From Octopus vulgaris (lineage: Eukaryota): 64,000 nt of DNA. Position 1 is the first letter of the stretch. Each line of letters opens with the position of its first letter. The position numbers and the translations under genes were made by a program. The DNA lies in NCBI GenBank assembly GCA_951406725.2, contig OX597818.1, positions 63,364,001 to 63,428,000 of the forward strand. Direction: 5' to 3'. Shown here one piece after another: positions 28,901 through 42,330 of the stretch. The notes under the pieces were generated by a model. It saw only the letters and a list, made by a program, of their open reading frames with translations. It was not told the origin of the DNA and did no database searches.

Positions 28901-30369
28901 ATGCGATGCTAATAATGGTTTCAAATTTTGGTACAAGGCCAGCAATTTCGGTTGAGAGGGCAAGAAGGTTACTTCAGCCGCCTCAGTAATCAGTTGGAAT
29001 GTGTTTCATCAACACCTTTAATATGAAAGGCATTATCGACCTCAACGGATTTCGAACGTACATTTGGAAAAATATCCGCTACGCAGTGTGTCCGGCGCTG
29101 CGGATTTTCTGCCAGCTTCCCGATTTAATGCAATGCTAATATTGATATTTAAATTTTGGATCAAGGCCAGCAATTTTAGGGGAGTGGGTAAGTCAAGTAA
29201 ATCGCCCATGCTTCACACATGGTGGTTATTTTATCGATCTGGAAATGATAAAATCGAATAAAAACACACCTTTATACACAAGATTAGAATCAAATGTCTA
29301 GTCATCACTGGTTAAGGACACTAATGTTGGTTAAATATCCATCTATTTATAAAGAAAACTCTATTGTGCACAAATTATAAGCATTTCGAAAGTATACTTC
29401 TTGCCTAATAGAAAAGCATTTAACATTCATTACTCAATCATAGTGGGAATATATGAGTCTATATGACACAGGCTGTAAAATGAAGGGGATATGTTTCTCT
29501 TTACTTCAGCTGATATGAGAGAATTATTTCTATAAGATTAAGCGTCAAAAAAAGACGTCTACCATTTGCTTGCATGAACAAAATTGAAATTCAAATAACA
29601 ACAATTTAGAGGTCTTAAACATTATTGCAAATATCTAAATTGCTTCAGAAGAGATCAACTGAGAAATAGCGATCAAACGAATCTCCATGACGGTCAAGGA
29701 ACCTCTTACTCAAACCGCATCGATGTTTCTAACATCACACCTCTTGTAAAGTCTCATGAAAACCTTTAACGAATATCACTATTTAAAGTGGATATGTTCT
29801 ACAGCATTGACCGAATGGAACGAATCTAAGCGAACAATTAGTTTTCCCAAGTTTGTTACTATAAAGAATATGCTACAAATGCGCACATACATAGAACGAT
29901 TGATCGCAAATGTGAAAGGATACAACGGTTTTAAAAGTAATATTCAACAACAAACCCCAAATCAGTGACTCAAATATTTTTGGAATCGTGCACATAGCAT
30001 TCGTATTAGCGGAAGTCCATCTGCATCTTTTATAGTCACGTTATCACGTGATCGACCATGCCATCAGATGTTGCTACACATCGCTGGTCACAATGCACTT
30101 TGCATTGTGCTAGACTTCAAATGACGCCACCTCGCTGACTAAGCGAGCAGGCCAACAGAAGGAAGAGTGAGAGAAAGTTACGGCGAAAGAGTACAGCAGG
30201 GATCGCCACCACCTCCAGCCGAAGCCCCGTGAAGCTTTAGGTGTTTTCGTTCAATATACACTCACAACGCCCGGTCCGGGATTCGAAACCGAGATCCTAC
30301 GACCGCGAGTCCGCTACCCTAACCACTGGACCATTACGCCACCACAACTTTTATAGTATACGCATAATT

Positions 30370-31926
30370 TATTTCATGTGTTTATATCTCTCTATATATA
30401 AACAGCAGTTTGTCTGTGCGTTTTCTGTGTGTCTGTTTTCTCGTACCCTCACTCTGACCACGGCTTTCAACCGATTCTGATGAAACTTGACACACACATA
30501 GCCCAATGTCATAATTCAAAACTAACGCAGCGAAAATTTTGAAAAGTTCCCCCAGTTCTGAAAAAAATCGATAAATTCGACATGGGGTCGAGAATCAGAA
30601 ACCCAAACCACAGACCGTCTAGGGGACGCAACTCCACCTTTTTTAACTCTCAAAAAAATTTTACCATCATTTTTTTTCCATTTTTTTGCTATTTTTTGGC
30701 TATAACTCTCTAAAAATGCTTTATAGTTATTTTCCTTACAAACCTGAGCAACGCCGGGCGATACTGCTAGTTAATATATAAATGTATCACAGTGAGTCAG
30801 CTAAATGTGTTGCATAAACCATTCGTGAATAGAGGACATATTTTTTGGGGACATACACAATGGCAATACCAGAAGACATATAAGCTTAGTTAACCACTTT
30901 TGAGTACCTAACATACGTCATTCAAATTGTACCGAAGCAACATAGACACTTCCAGAGCAATTTACGTTATTATTGTATTTACGTTATTATTGTAAGCAAC
31001 TCGCAGATTCTTTCACACAACTTTTGTAGCCATTTGTTCTAGAAGCGTATTCTGCATTCAACAAAGCAACGTGACGTCGGTGACAGATTTATTCCCGTTT
31101 CTATGTTCGATCAGAACCGAGTTCCCCGATTAGAGAATTTGTTGCCAGATATATAATGGATTACGGATTGTCATGCCAGAATAGAAATAGTTTCGGAATA
31201 CAGTTCCTTTTCCATTAATAGTTTTCGCTAAAAACTGTGACACTTTTAACCTACCGCGTACTATACATAGCACGGTGATGCCAAAGAAAACCAAGGTGAA
31301 TGACATCATTTACCTTCTACCACCAAGGGAGTCATCGATATTTTCTGTGACGATTTCTATCATAAAGGATCTTAATCTTTGGAGAAAAGTTGGGTGACAT
31401 ACTATTGTCTGAGACATCGCTTTCCTGTTTAAATACACACCTATACACAACTATATTTCATCACCTCGCACAAGTAAGAACAAACCATTACGTGCAAGAA
31501 AAACTTGCAGAAAATCACATATGGCTTCTACATTCTTTTAGGTAAAATGTTATATCCCAGGACCAACGAACCCAATTTGGAAACACCTTCTGATACGCAA
31601 CTTTTTCCACTATCTAATGTAATCAATTGTTATAACAATTCCGTTACAGGTCCCGGAATACTTATTGTGTATTCAATGCTGTTCGGCCCTTCTCTAAAAC
31701 TACTTCAATATCTACGTATATTATTCTTGTCAATACCGTGATGATGGTAAAAACCAGTGGCCCGTTGTGGATGCCAGAAGCATCGTACATTCCCGTAGTC
31801 ATGGTCACAATGAAGGCATGTGGCTTATATAAAAAAATATATGTCCTCTATTCACGAATGGTTTATGCAACAAATTTAGCCGACTCACTGTGATACATTT
31901 ATATATTTATTTAAACACATGAAATA
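30370..31926. mobile_element. Non-autonomous TIR DNA transposon whose left TIR is split by a Helitron
   Basis: 30775-30846 is the near-perfect reverse complement of ~31832-31906. The outer TIR part tatttcatgtgttta (30370-30384) matches 31912-31926. Confidence 0.75.
30387..30770 (+). mobile_element. Non-autonomous Helitron
   Basis: Starts TC and ends CTAG, between A and T. A subterminal GC hairpin region (gagcaacgccgggc) and the 3' ~90 bp are shared with two other copies. Confidence 0.75.
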
Positions 31927-32672
31927 CATGTGGCTTCTACTTGGAACCCATTATTTGCATACAGATAAAGATGAACAAGCATTTCTACAGAAGAACTGTT
32001 ACCCTAATAACAAGTGATTTTTAAACGCTTTATAACAGTTAATAAAACTTATGCAAACGTCTGCATTAATTTCAGTAAAAAGGCAACTACGATATATAGA
32101 TAGATATTCAGTCAGACTTGGATGTTAATATAACCATTGGGACCATTTTATAATCATTTTGCGCTGTCTTATCGCCATTCTCTTGTTGCATGCGTATGGG
32201 TGGAAGACATTTACGATAAGAAAATCAGATGAATGTAAATGCGATTTTTGAATGTTAATTTTCTCTTGTCTAGTGCCACGCGTGAGCAGCCACTCGATAG
32301 CAAACAGACTTCCTTCCAGCCGAATAAGCAATTGCAGATATGTCTACAAATACAAGAAGGCATATTTCAATTGTTCATAGTAAGAATAAAACGTTGTGAA
32401 GATAATAAAATCGTTTTCACAGAATCGAAAGCGAAGCTAATTAAAATAATAGGAATAACAGCAGCAACAGCAACAACATCGACAACGACAACAATACTTT
32501 TACTATAGGCACAAGGCCTGAAATGTTTCAGGGAAGGAGTAGTTGATCGACCCAGAAAGAATGAGTAGCAAAGTCAATATCGGCGGAATATGAACATAGA
32601 ACGTGAAGACAGATGAGTTGCCGTTAAATATTTTGTCAGGCGTGCTAGCGATTCAGCCAGCTTGCCACCTCA

Positions 32673-32746
<74 letters not shown>

Positions 32747-32754
32747 TTTATAAT

Positions 32755-32925
32755 AATACATTTTTTTTTTAGACATTCATTAGTACAACACCAAAAACTA
32801 CCCCTCAAATATATGGCACACTTGGCATAACAACAACATGAACTTCCAACCTGTTGTCTCTTGAGGTCTCTGGGTGAGACTTGGAGCCAAGTTGTACAAA
32901 TATAAAGCAAAAGTCAAACATAGAA
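32755..32925 (+). mobile_element. Probable LINE 3'UTR remnant embedded in (TAA)n
   Basis: About 170 bp of unique sequence between two long (TAA)n tracts, the same arrangement as at 2735-3034. The family assignment is inferred. Confidence 0.4.
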
Positions 32926-32933
32926 TAATAATA

Positions 32934-33017
<84 letters not shown>

Positions 33018-33559
33018 CGCTTTTTTAATGTAGGCACATGGGCTGAAATTTTAGGGGAGAGGTCAGTCGATTACATGAACCGCAGTGTTCAACTGGTACT
33101 TTATTTATCGAACCCGAAAGAATGAAAGCCAAAATCGACCTCGGCGGAATTTGAACTCAGAACGTAGCAAATTGAAATTCCGTCAACGTCGACACCGGTG
33201 CTCATCTGGTGCATATTTTTTCGATCCCAAGAGGATGTGAGGCAAAGCTGACCTCGATTGAATTTGAACTCAGGAAGAAAAGACTGACGCTGAGCGTTTT
33301 ATCTAGCGTACTAATATTTTTGCCAGGTCGTTGATCCCTCTGACATATACACTGAGAAAGCTCAAACCGATCAATGACTTTGCCAATACGAAGATAAGAA
33401 TAAATGACCAAATTTATATGGATGACCACAAGGTGTATACAAAATTAAATAAATAAATAAACTTGGATTCTCTTAATCCAAGCAGTGAGAATATTTCAGT
33501 AAAAATAATGAAATATAGTTTGGGGTAGATAAGTACGTTGTATGTATTACGAAGCAAGG

Positions 33560-34100
33560 ACGGAAGTTAGTGTCTGATAGCAGAAAATTACCGTAATATA
33601 TCATTCGTTTGCTATGGAATAATTAAAGATGCAAATACCTTGGAGTGCCTCAAGACTATTCGATATTGAATCGAGAAATAAGAGAGACCGTCACTAAAGA
33701 ATAGGAACAGAGAATTCGGAAGAGCTTCTAAAGAGAATTAAATGGCGGATTTTTTTTATTGAAGCCATAAATATACGGGCAATTCTAGTATTGAGACAGT
33801 CTGCTCTCTTTCTAAAATGGATAAAAATTGAGCTGCCAAACTTAAAAGAACCAAGAAGCAGCTAACAATGCACAATGCAGTCCTTCCTAAACTACCGACC
33901 GACTGTATCTGCCAAAACTGGACGGTGTTATAGGATTATTAAACGCGAAAGTCACCATTGGTACTGCGATTTTGGGTCTCCAAAATTATGTTGAACAAAG
34001 TAAAGAAAGAATACGTTCAGCAGCCTGAAATACAAATCAGGGCTACGAACGAAAAAAGGACAGAAGGTTTGAGGTATACAGTAAACAATAGTCGAATGCA
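33560..34100 (+). mobile_element. Degraded R4/Dong-type LINE reverse transcriptase C-terminal fragment
   Basis: KYLGV, TKKQLTMHNAVLP and DRLYLPKLDG remnants in shifting frames. Confidence 0.55.
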
Positions 34101-34699
34101 AGCATTAAGGGACGAAGTGTAATGGGTAATGCCTATGAAAATTTTGAAAGGGCAAAGAAAAAAGGAGAGAAAAATAGAAGAGTAACAAATAATGAGAAAA
34201 ATAGGAGAAGAGCAAATATATTGAGAGGCGAGAGAAATTAACGTCCAGCTATCTAGATGTCCCATCTCAAAAAAGACCGAGAAACGGGAAAATGGCTTGT
34301 AGAAACGTGTGATCAACAGGTTGAGTGCAAATTCAATGTGATAGGGAGAGAGGAAAAGGGGAAGAATCAAAGGGAATGATGAGAAGGGAGAAGCAAAGAG
34401 AGATAGATAGGGGACAGAAACGAAGAAGGAGCAGTAAAAGAAATATAGAGGATGATAGAGGGATAGAGAGAAAGAAAAAAAATAGGCAGAGAACAGAATA
34501 AAGTAATAGAATAAAAAAGGTTTGGGAACAATATGGAGCATGAAATGGTACTTAACAAGTAGCTGCTCCTGTTTCTTGAGGACACAAAGGATGGAGTATA
34601 GTTGAGTAGACGTGTTATTAAAGATGATGGTAAATAAGAAAAATGAATTAAAATGGAGAAATATAAGATTGTACTGAGAAATGATACGATGGTAATCAG

Positions 34700-35069
34700 T
34701 CGGTTACGACGACGAGTGTTCCAGTTGATCCGATCAACGGAACAGCCTGCTCGTGAGATTAACGTGCAAGAGGCTGAGCACTCCACAGACACATGTACCC
34801 TTAACGTAGTTCTCGGGGAGATTCAGCGTGACACAGAGCGTAACAAGGCTGGCCCTTTGAAATACTGGTACAACAGATAGAGAAACAAAGAGTGAGAGAA
34901 AGTCGTGGTGAAAGAGTACAGCAGGGTTCTCCACCACCCCCTGCCAGATCATCGTGGAGCTTTAGGTGTTTTCGCTCAATAAACACTCACAACGCCCGGT
35001 CTGGGAATCGAAACGGCGATCCTAAGACCACGAGTCATTTGCCCTAACAGCCTGGCAATTGCACCTACT
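34700..35069 (-). mobile_element. tRNA-derived SINE (family C) with TSD
   Basis: Reverse complement of 14296-14675, flanked by ctgagaaatgata duplicates. Related heads at 26090-26402 (-), 30035-30345 (-) and 40451-40650 (+), and a tail at 63945-64000 (-). Confidence 0.85.
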
Positions 35070-35923
35070 CTGAGAAATGATATATAAAAGAACTTAATAG
35101 TAAAAGATTTTCAGTGTGTGAGAAGGAGCCAAAAGAGTCAATTGGGTTAATATATTGTTGACGCTTACGTCAATAAGAAACTAGTGACGATTGGAAAGAA
35201 TGGTGAATGAATTGAAGAATTGTTGTGTTTGAGGATTAAACATATACGAAAATATGGTGTCATACTTGTTTATTGTCGAAGGAGTGGAGTAGTAATGTTT
35301 TTTAATAAAAACGAATGTTAATATATCTTAGTGAAATTAATACAAAATGCGTTGAAATGAAATATGATGAAATTATATTGAACAATATAAAATTTTGGAA
35401 TAACATAATCAGAACATACGAAAATCTTTGAAACTGGAAAGTATTGAATATATAAAGAAATGATGCAGTGGTGATAAAATGATATTATGATTACGAAAGA
35501 GGAGTGAAAGAATAAATTGAAGAACTATGATGAAGACAGACAAAAAAGACGCAGGAGAAAAAATTATGAAGTAAGTAAAAAAAAACAGTCATGAAGCACA
35601 TGGAAACAGGTGACAAAGACTCAGGAAAACACATGTGGGAAGTGCATGAAAAAAGATGAAAGAGTTGCAGCTATCTGTAAAAAAAAAACGAATGAACAGA
35701 TAAAAAGAACTACGTGGGAAGAACTTGTGAAAATATTTAGATAAATGAATAACAGAAGAATATACTGTAAAGATTGATGCTTGAATGGCGTGAGGCATCG
35801 ATGGTATAGGAAGTACAGTATATTAAAAGGAATCCGTTATTCCATTGAAGAATGGGCGGAAGCTTGTCCATACAGCTGGAGAATTTAAAGGTATTGTGTG
35901 GTTTTTCGTATATATATATATAT

Positions 35924-36125
<202 letters not shown>

Positions 36126-36860
36126 TAGTGCACTCATATATGCATAAATATATACATGTATTTATTTATATACGCAGACAATACGTATATCTAAGTAAAT
36201 ATTTATTCAAAATGTACCTGTATGTGACTATGTGCCTATGTGTGTCTGTCTATATAATATTCAAGAGGAGATTATAATCACTTTTTATGATCTTTTGTGG
36301 AGAGGTTTCGTATTAATTCAGTTTACTGAGCGTGATACAGTATCTATATATCACAGGTATCGGTATTTAGCAGATTCAAAGAGTGGCGGGTAACGCTAAG
36401 AAAATGCTATGGGCAGACCATAGTTAAACACTTGGTTCGATAGTGATACGAGTGAGAAGTCTAATGTGGGTCCTGTGGGTCTTTTTTCTTTTTATTATGA
36501 CCTATCTCCTCATTCTAATCATAAACGTCCCCCGAAGCACATCTATCTACAAATACTACCAATACAGGCTTAAATTTTCATTCCCACCACAAAAACCCCT
36601 TCGAATGACCAACACAGAATCCCCAGCTCCATAATTTGATATGACTAAACACCAACTACTATTGGAACTTAGATACCATGAAAAGGATTTTTTTTACAAC
36701 TTCTATACACAACTTTACTCGAATAATGGAACTACAACAACAATATTTCATATTTTATTTCTTTGATTCTTTTATCTTCCTCTATAATCACTATCTTCCA
36801 TTCCATAATAATTCCTTATTTCGATCTCAAATATTTACTTCAGTTTAATCATCTCACATT

Positions 36861-36909
36861 GTCTCTGAAGAATGGATATCCATATTATCCCAGAAACAGC
36901 TGTAAGGCT
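36861..36909 (+). ncRNA. Hammerhead ribozyme motif (type I, short palindromic stem III)
   Basis: gtct-CTGAAGA-atGGATAtccatatTATCCca-GAAAC-agct-GTA-aggc. Core boxes and all three stems are recognisable. Confidence 0.55.
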
Positions 36910-37121
36910 ATATCTATATCTTTTTCCTTATAAATTTTCTGAAAACTCCTCACAGCCTTGGCTTCTTTATCACATTATACATACATACATTCATACATAC
37001 ATACACACACATATATGTATATATATATATATATCAACAATTGAGGGTAAAATTAATTAATTAATCAATTTCACCAAGTGTTCAGTATGTAAAAGGACCA
37101 TTTAAGGCGAATTCAAAATAT

Positions 37122-37652
37122 TACATTATATAATTAGGGCTTAGTAAAATAAATTACTTTGCCACATAGTGAACTTAGTAGAAATAGCAGCCCAAAAAAA
37201 TTTTTTTAGCCATTTCTACTACTTAAAGAAAATTTCTCTCAGAAAATGTTTACTCCAGACAGCTCACGAAGGTTTGGAGGTAAATACAGAAAAAATATCA
37301 CAAGTACATAGATCGTTTGAGTACGTCAACGTTTCAAGATTAGCCAAATAAAATCAGCATTTCTTTCGTCTTAGTGTTTCCAAATCCAAATTAAGAAATT
37401 TTGAGCTGACGAAAGAAATGCTGATTTTATTTGGCTAATCTTGAAACGTTGACGTACTCAAACGATCTATGTACTTGTGATATTTTTCTGTATTTACCTC
37501 CAAACCTTCGTGAGCTGTCTGGAGTAAACATTATCTGAGAGAAATTTTCTTTAAGTAGTAGAAATGGCTAAAAAATTTTTGGGCTGCTATTTCTACTAAG
37601 TTCAGTATGTGGCAAAGTAATTTATTTTACTAAGCCCTAATTATATAATGTA
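37122..37652. repeat. Near-perfect inverted repeat, ~250 bp arms and 37 bp spacer
   Basis: 37122-37370 is the reverse complement of 37408-37652 with only a few differences. Confidence 0.95.
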
Positions 37653-38139
37653 TATATATATATATACGCAGGCCTATTCCTCACTTTTTATTAGGAAGGG
37701 TCAGCCGTAACATGGCAGCAGGTATTCCATTCATTTCCAAGCTCAAATGAGTGAGCCCCGTTCTATACTCGGGTCAAGGCATAGAATACAACCACCAATA
37801 TTAGCAGTCACCGTGTTCACTGCGTGGCGTAAGAGGCGACTAAAAGGCCTAGGAGCGGGGTAAATGGAAACTCTCTCCACCCAGTAAATCCATATTCCTA
37901 AAAAGACTATATGGTACAGTACCATTTCTAAAATAATAGAGATTTTCGCTGGCCTATAATAAATTTTCCATCATAATTATCATTTTAGCAAAAGCGTTGC
38001 GAAATTTCACAACAAATGGTTGCGATTCCTTCCTAGAAAACAAAAAATACAAACGGATGGATAACAAAGAGGCGATTAAGCTCTAGTATGCTTCATGATC
38101 AACTTTCCGCCTGGGAAGAAAGTTTGTTGGCAGAATCGT

Positions 38140-38350
38140 TAGCACGCCGGGCGAAATGCTTAGCGGTATTTCGTCTGCCGCTACGTTCTGAGTTCAAATT
38201 CCGCCGAGATCGACTTTGCCTTTCATCCTTTCGGGGTCGATTAAATAAGTACCAGTTATTCACTGAGGTCGATATAATCGACTTAATCCGTTTGTCTGTC
38301 CTTGTTTGTCCTCTCTGTGTTTAGCCCCTTTTGGGTAGTAAAGAAATAGA
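38140..38350 (+). mobile_element. SINE family A
   Basis: ggcagaatcgttagcacg...gagttcaaattcc...gcctttcatcctttcggggtcga core. Copies on the - strand at 9766-9987, 15230-15580, 25080-25373, 28915-29240, 32505-32670, 33030-33330 and 39645-40048. Confidence 0.85.
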
Positions 38351-38599
38351 TGAATTTTCCCTCTGGTCTTTCATTTGAATGAGTGTGTCTATGTGTAACT
38401 ATGTGAGTAGACACAGTTATCCCTTTTACGGAAAAAATAAAATTATCCGTATGCAGGCGAGGCTGTGTGGTAAGAAGCTTGCTTCCCAACCACTTGGTTC
38501 CGTGTTCACTCCTTCTGCGTGGCACCTTGAATCTTCTATAGCCTCCAGCCAACCAAACGCTTGTTAATTGATTTGGTAGACGGAAACTGAAAGAAGAAA

Positions 38600-38707
<108 letters not shown>

Positions 38708-38744
38708 GCGTGTGTATATAGATACCTATGTGAGTGTATCAGAA

Positions 38745-38920
38745 GAGTATTAGTGGAGTGTTTTTCGTCACGGACTAGAAAATTTTGGAAGAGGAACCTT
38801 GAAAGTTTACCGGACAGATGGAAGGGCATTGTTGAAAATGATCAAGAGTATATTTTAGATCAAAATAGAACCTTATCTTAATTTTGATAAAAGAACCGCA
38901 ATATTTATGGATTAATATTT
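38745..38920 (+). mobile_element. Mariner transposase C-terminal fragment
   Basis: FSSRTRKFWKRNLESLPDRWKGIVENDQEYILD. Confidence 0.65.
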
Positions 38921-39644
38921 GGGGTTAATGTTGTATCTAAAATCGACTTAGAGATGTCTAGTAATAAGAGCTAGTTATTGTGTCCTATCACATTTTATTA
39001 ATCCAAGGGTATTATAATAAGAATCCCGAGCTCAAATGGAACTTATTTTATCGACCCCAAAATGATGGAAGGCAAATTTGACGTGGTTGGAATTTGAGAT
39101 TAGAGAGTAAAACGATGCCCGCTGTGCGAGCGACTCTCTCAGCACGACGTCTTCTATTTCTAACGTTTAATTCAACACCAGTAATAACACAACTGCATAT
39201 CACCAAAGTTAACACGAAACCGATAACCAATGCCAAAATGTTCTCTGTTTCCAAGCATATATAAAATTCAATATGGCATGATAATATTTTGATGAAAATC
39301 TTTGAATAACAATAGCTGCTTTCGTGTTGTGCAAGAAGATTTTCAATGCATTATTTAAAATGTTCTATTATGTTCTTTGACCTTTTAATCATATATACTT
39401 ATCAATTTCATAATGACAGCTGGATTATTTAAAAAAACAAATTAGTCTATGTGCTGTTTAGCTTTTGCTGGTTCCAGCATCTCTTGTATGAATACAAGTT
39501 GCTATATAATATATTATGTGTTGCTATCTTTATGTTTATCATTAGCAAAATATTATTTAATGAAGGGAATTTGATTCCTAAAGTTTTCTTCTTCGGTGAA
39601 AGTTTGAAAATCTGTTAAAAGTTATTTAAACAGATATAATTTAT

Positions 39645-40048
39645 ATATTTCTCTATTGCCCATAGAGGGGACAAACAAGGACAAACAAACGGATTAAGTC
39701 GATTATATCGACCCCAGTGCGTAACTGGTACTTAATTTATGGACCCCGAAAGGATGAAAGGCAAAGTCGATCTCGGCGGAATTTGAACTCAGATCGTAAC
39801 GGCAGACGAAATACCTATTTATTTACTACCCACAAAGGGCTAAACACAGAGGGGACAAACAAGGACAGACAAACGAATTAAGTCGATTATATCGACCCCA
39901 GTGCGTGACTGGTACTTAATTTATCGACCCCGAAAGGATGAAAGGCAAAGTCGAATTCGGCGGAATTTGAACTCACAACGTAACGCAGACGAAATACCGC
40001 AAAGCATTTCGCCCGGCGTGCTAACGATTCTGCCAGCTCGCCGCCTTC
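39645..40048 (-). mobile_element. SINE family A with a tandemly repeated body
   Basis: Two consecutive ~180 bp units (~39660-39815 and ~39815-39995). Confidence 0.85.
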
Positions 40049-41139
40049 GAAATATTTTATATCCTAAGCATCCTTCTTTTGGCTTGCAGATGCACGAATT
40101 TTTTGTAAGTCTGAAGCATTTATACCATTTCTCTTTATGATTATTGATAAATGCTTAAGTTTGCTTTATAACGACATGATTTTAGATTCGATCCCACCGC
40201 ACCGTACGTTGCGCAAGTGTTATAGAACCGGTCAACCAATGGCTTGTAAATGAATTTGTTAGAAACATTGAATGCGGCCCTTGTATACACACACATACAC
40301 AGACACAGACACGCAGGCAAATACACACAAATACATACACACATATTTATATTTATATTTATATATACATATGTATATACATGCATAAATATATATATAT
40401 TTGTATATATATGTATGTATCTACATTTATACATATTTATGTCGATATATGTGGAGGCACATGGCCTAGTGGTTAGAGCAGCGGACTGCCGGTCGGGGGA
40501 TCGCTGGTTCGAATCTCAGACAGGGCGATGTGTGTGTTTATGAGCGAAACACCTGAGCTCCACGCGACTTCGACAGAATGCAATGGCGAACTTCTGCTGA
40601 CACTTTCGCTACAACTCTCTCTCACTCTTTCCTCCTGCATCTTGCAGCTCTTATCATACTAGTAAACCCGTGTCTATACATACGTTGTATAAATCCCAGA
40701 GGATAACATTTTTTAAAAAATCTTTATGATATAAAGATTTACTAATTTTCTTAATTTTGCCTGAACTAAAACTTCTTTGGATTGATAGTACGAGAGCGCC
40801 TGTGAATTATTCTCTCACCGATTGCTGTTGAAGTAGTTATATTCTAAGAGGAAAATAAAAAGAACTAGCTGTGATACACTCACACTAGCGCAAGCAATGA
40901 TATGCTAGCAGTAGCGGTAGCAGCAGAAGCAGTAGCAGTATCAGCTACAGCAGCAACAACAGCAGCAGCACAAGTGTATAGAGTGGTAGGAATAAGTGTA
41001 CTAGCAGTAAATGTGATTAAATATGAGTTAATTAGACATTGGAACCATTCTACTCTGTTAATTGTAAATTCGTGACGTTTTTTTTGTTTTCAGATGAGAG
41101 TTACTGAGCTGGAGTTCATATTGATCACGGGCATCCATA

Positions 41140-41542
41140 CTCTCTTTTACTTGTTTCAGTCATTTGAGTGCGTCCATGCTGGAGCACCGCCTTTAGTCGA
41201 GCAAATCGACCCCGGGACTTATTCTTTGTAAGCCCAGTACTTATTCTATCGGTCTCTTTTGCCGACCCGCTAAGTGACGGGGAAGTAAACATTCCAGCAT
41301 CGGTTGTCAAGCAATGCTAGGGGGACAAACACAAACACACAAACATATACACACACATATACATATATATACATATATACGACAGGCTTCTTTCAGTTTC
41401 CGTCTACCAACTCCACTCACAAGGCATTGGTCGGCCCGGGGCTATAGCAGAAGACACTTGCCCAAGATGCCACGCAGTGGGACTGAACCCGGAACCATGT
41501 GGCTGGTTAGCAAGCTACTTACCACACAGCCACTCCTGCGCC
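41140..41542 (-). mobile_element. SINE family B, near full length
   Basis: Reverse complement of 14738-15220 with a shorter internal microsatellite. Confidence 0.85.
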
Positions 41543-41965
41543 ATAGAAGATTTTTTGTTAAAATTCATGAGCAATAACTTGCTTATAATTTTAAAATATA
41601 TGAAGTATTGTATCAACTTTTTAAAATACAAAACCCGATAATATTTAATAACGAGTATAACAGAATGTTTTAAATGCGGAATGTCTTTGCGGGGGTCCAC
41701 TGGTGTATTTTAAAAAAGAAGAAGGATTTAAATGAATCCATATTCTTTTATTCTTTTATTCTTATACTTGTTTCAGCCATTTTGACTACGACCATGCTGG
41801 AGCACTGCCATTAGTCGAGAAAATCGAACCTAAGACTTATTATTTGTAAGCCTAGTAATCATTCTATCGGTCTCTTTTGCCGAACCGCTACGTTACGGGG
41901 TTGTAAACACACCAGCATCTGTTGTTAAGCGATGTTGGGAAACACACACGCAAGCATGTACACGT

Positions 41966-42048
<83 letters not shown>

Positions 42049-42258
42049 GACGCCATGATAGATCGTTAGCTCCTACACGCATTGTTTTCTCTCCTTGTTT
42101 CTCTCCGTGTTTTTTTCTGTGTATCTTTCTGTCGAAGAGCGTAGGCTCGAAACGTAAAATACTTTTTCTATTTCTATTCCTTAGCGCTATACTAATACAT
42201 TTGCTTGTTTGTACTACACCTGCCTTCGTCTTTTGTTTATTTTCGTAAACTTCCCCGT

Positions 42259-42330
<72 letters not shown>

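Larger units (their letters stand above)
23562..33500 (+). pseudogene. Decayed LRR-coding segments
   Basis: VSFLDIEMN, NLPKLLYM and VRTLDLHK (23600-23740), IPVDILQGIK (~25035), LKILTMSHD (~27820), QTLDYLRITMS and RTLQWMNFE (ORF 28509-28691), NNLEVLNIIAN (~29600), IQEGIFQLFIVRIKRCEDNKI (ORF 32239-32508). Confidence 0.55.

Noticed and set aside
34017-34541. 174-aa hydrophobic ORF resembling a membrane protein
   Set aside because: It is the antisense of an AG-rich low-complexity tract.
41070-41130. Splice acceptor tttttgttttcag followed by ATG (a similar acceptor at ~7916)
   Set aside because: No matching donor or sustained reading frame, and polypyrimidine-AG is common in this DNA.
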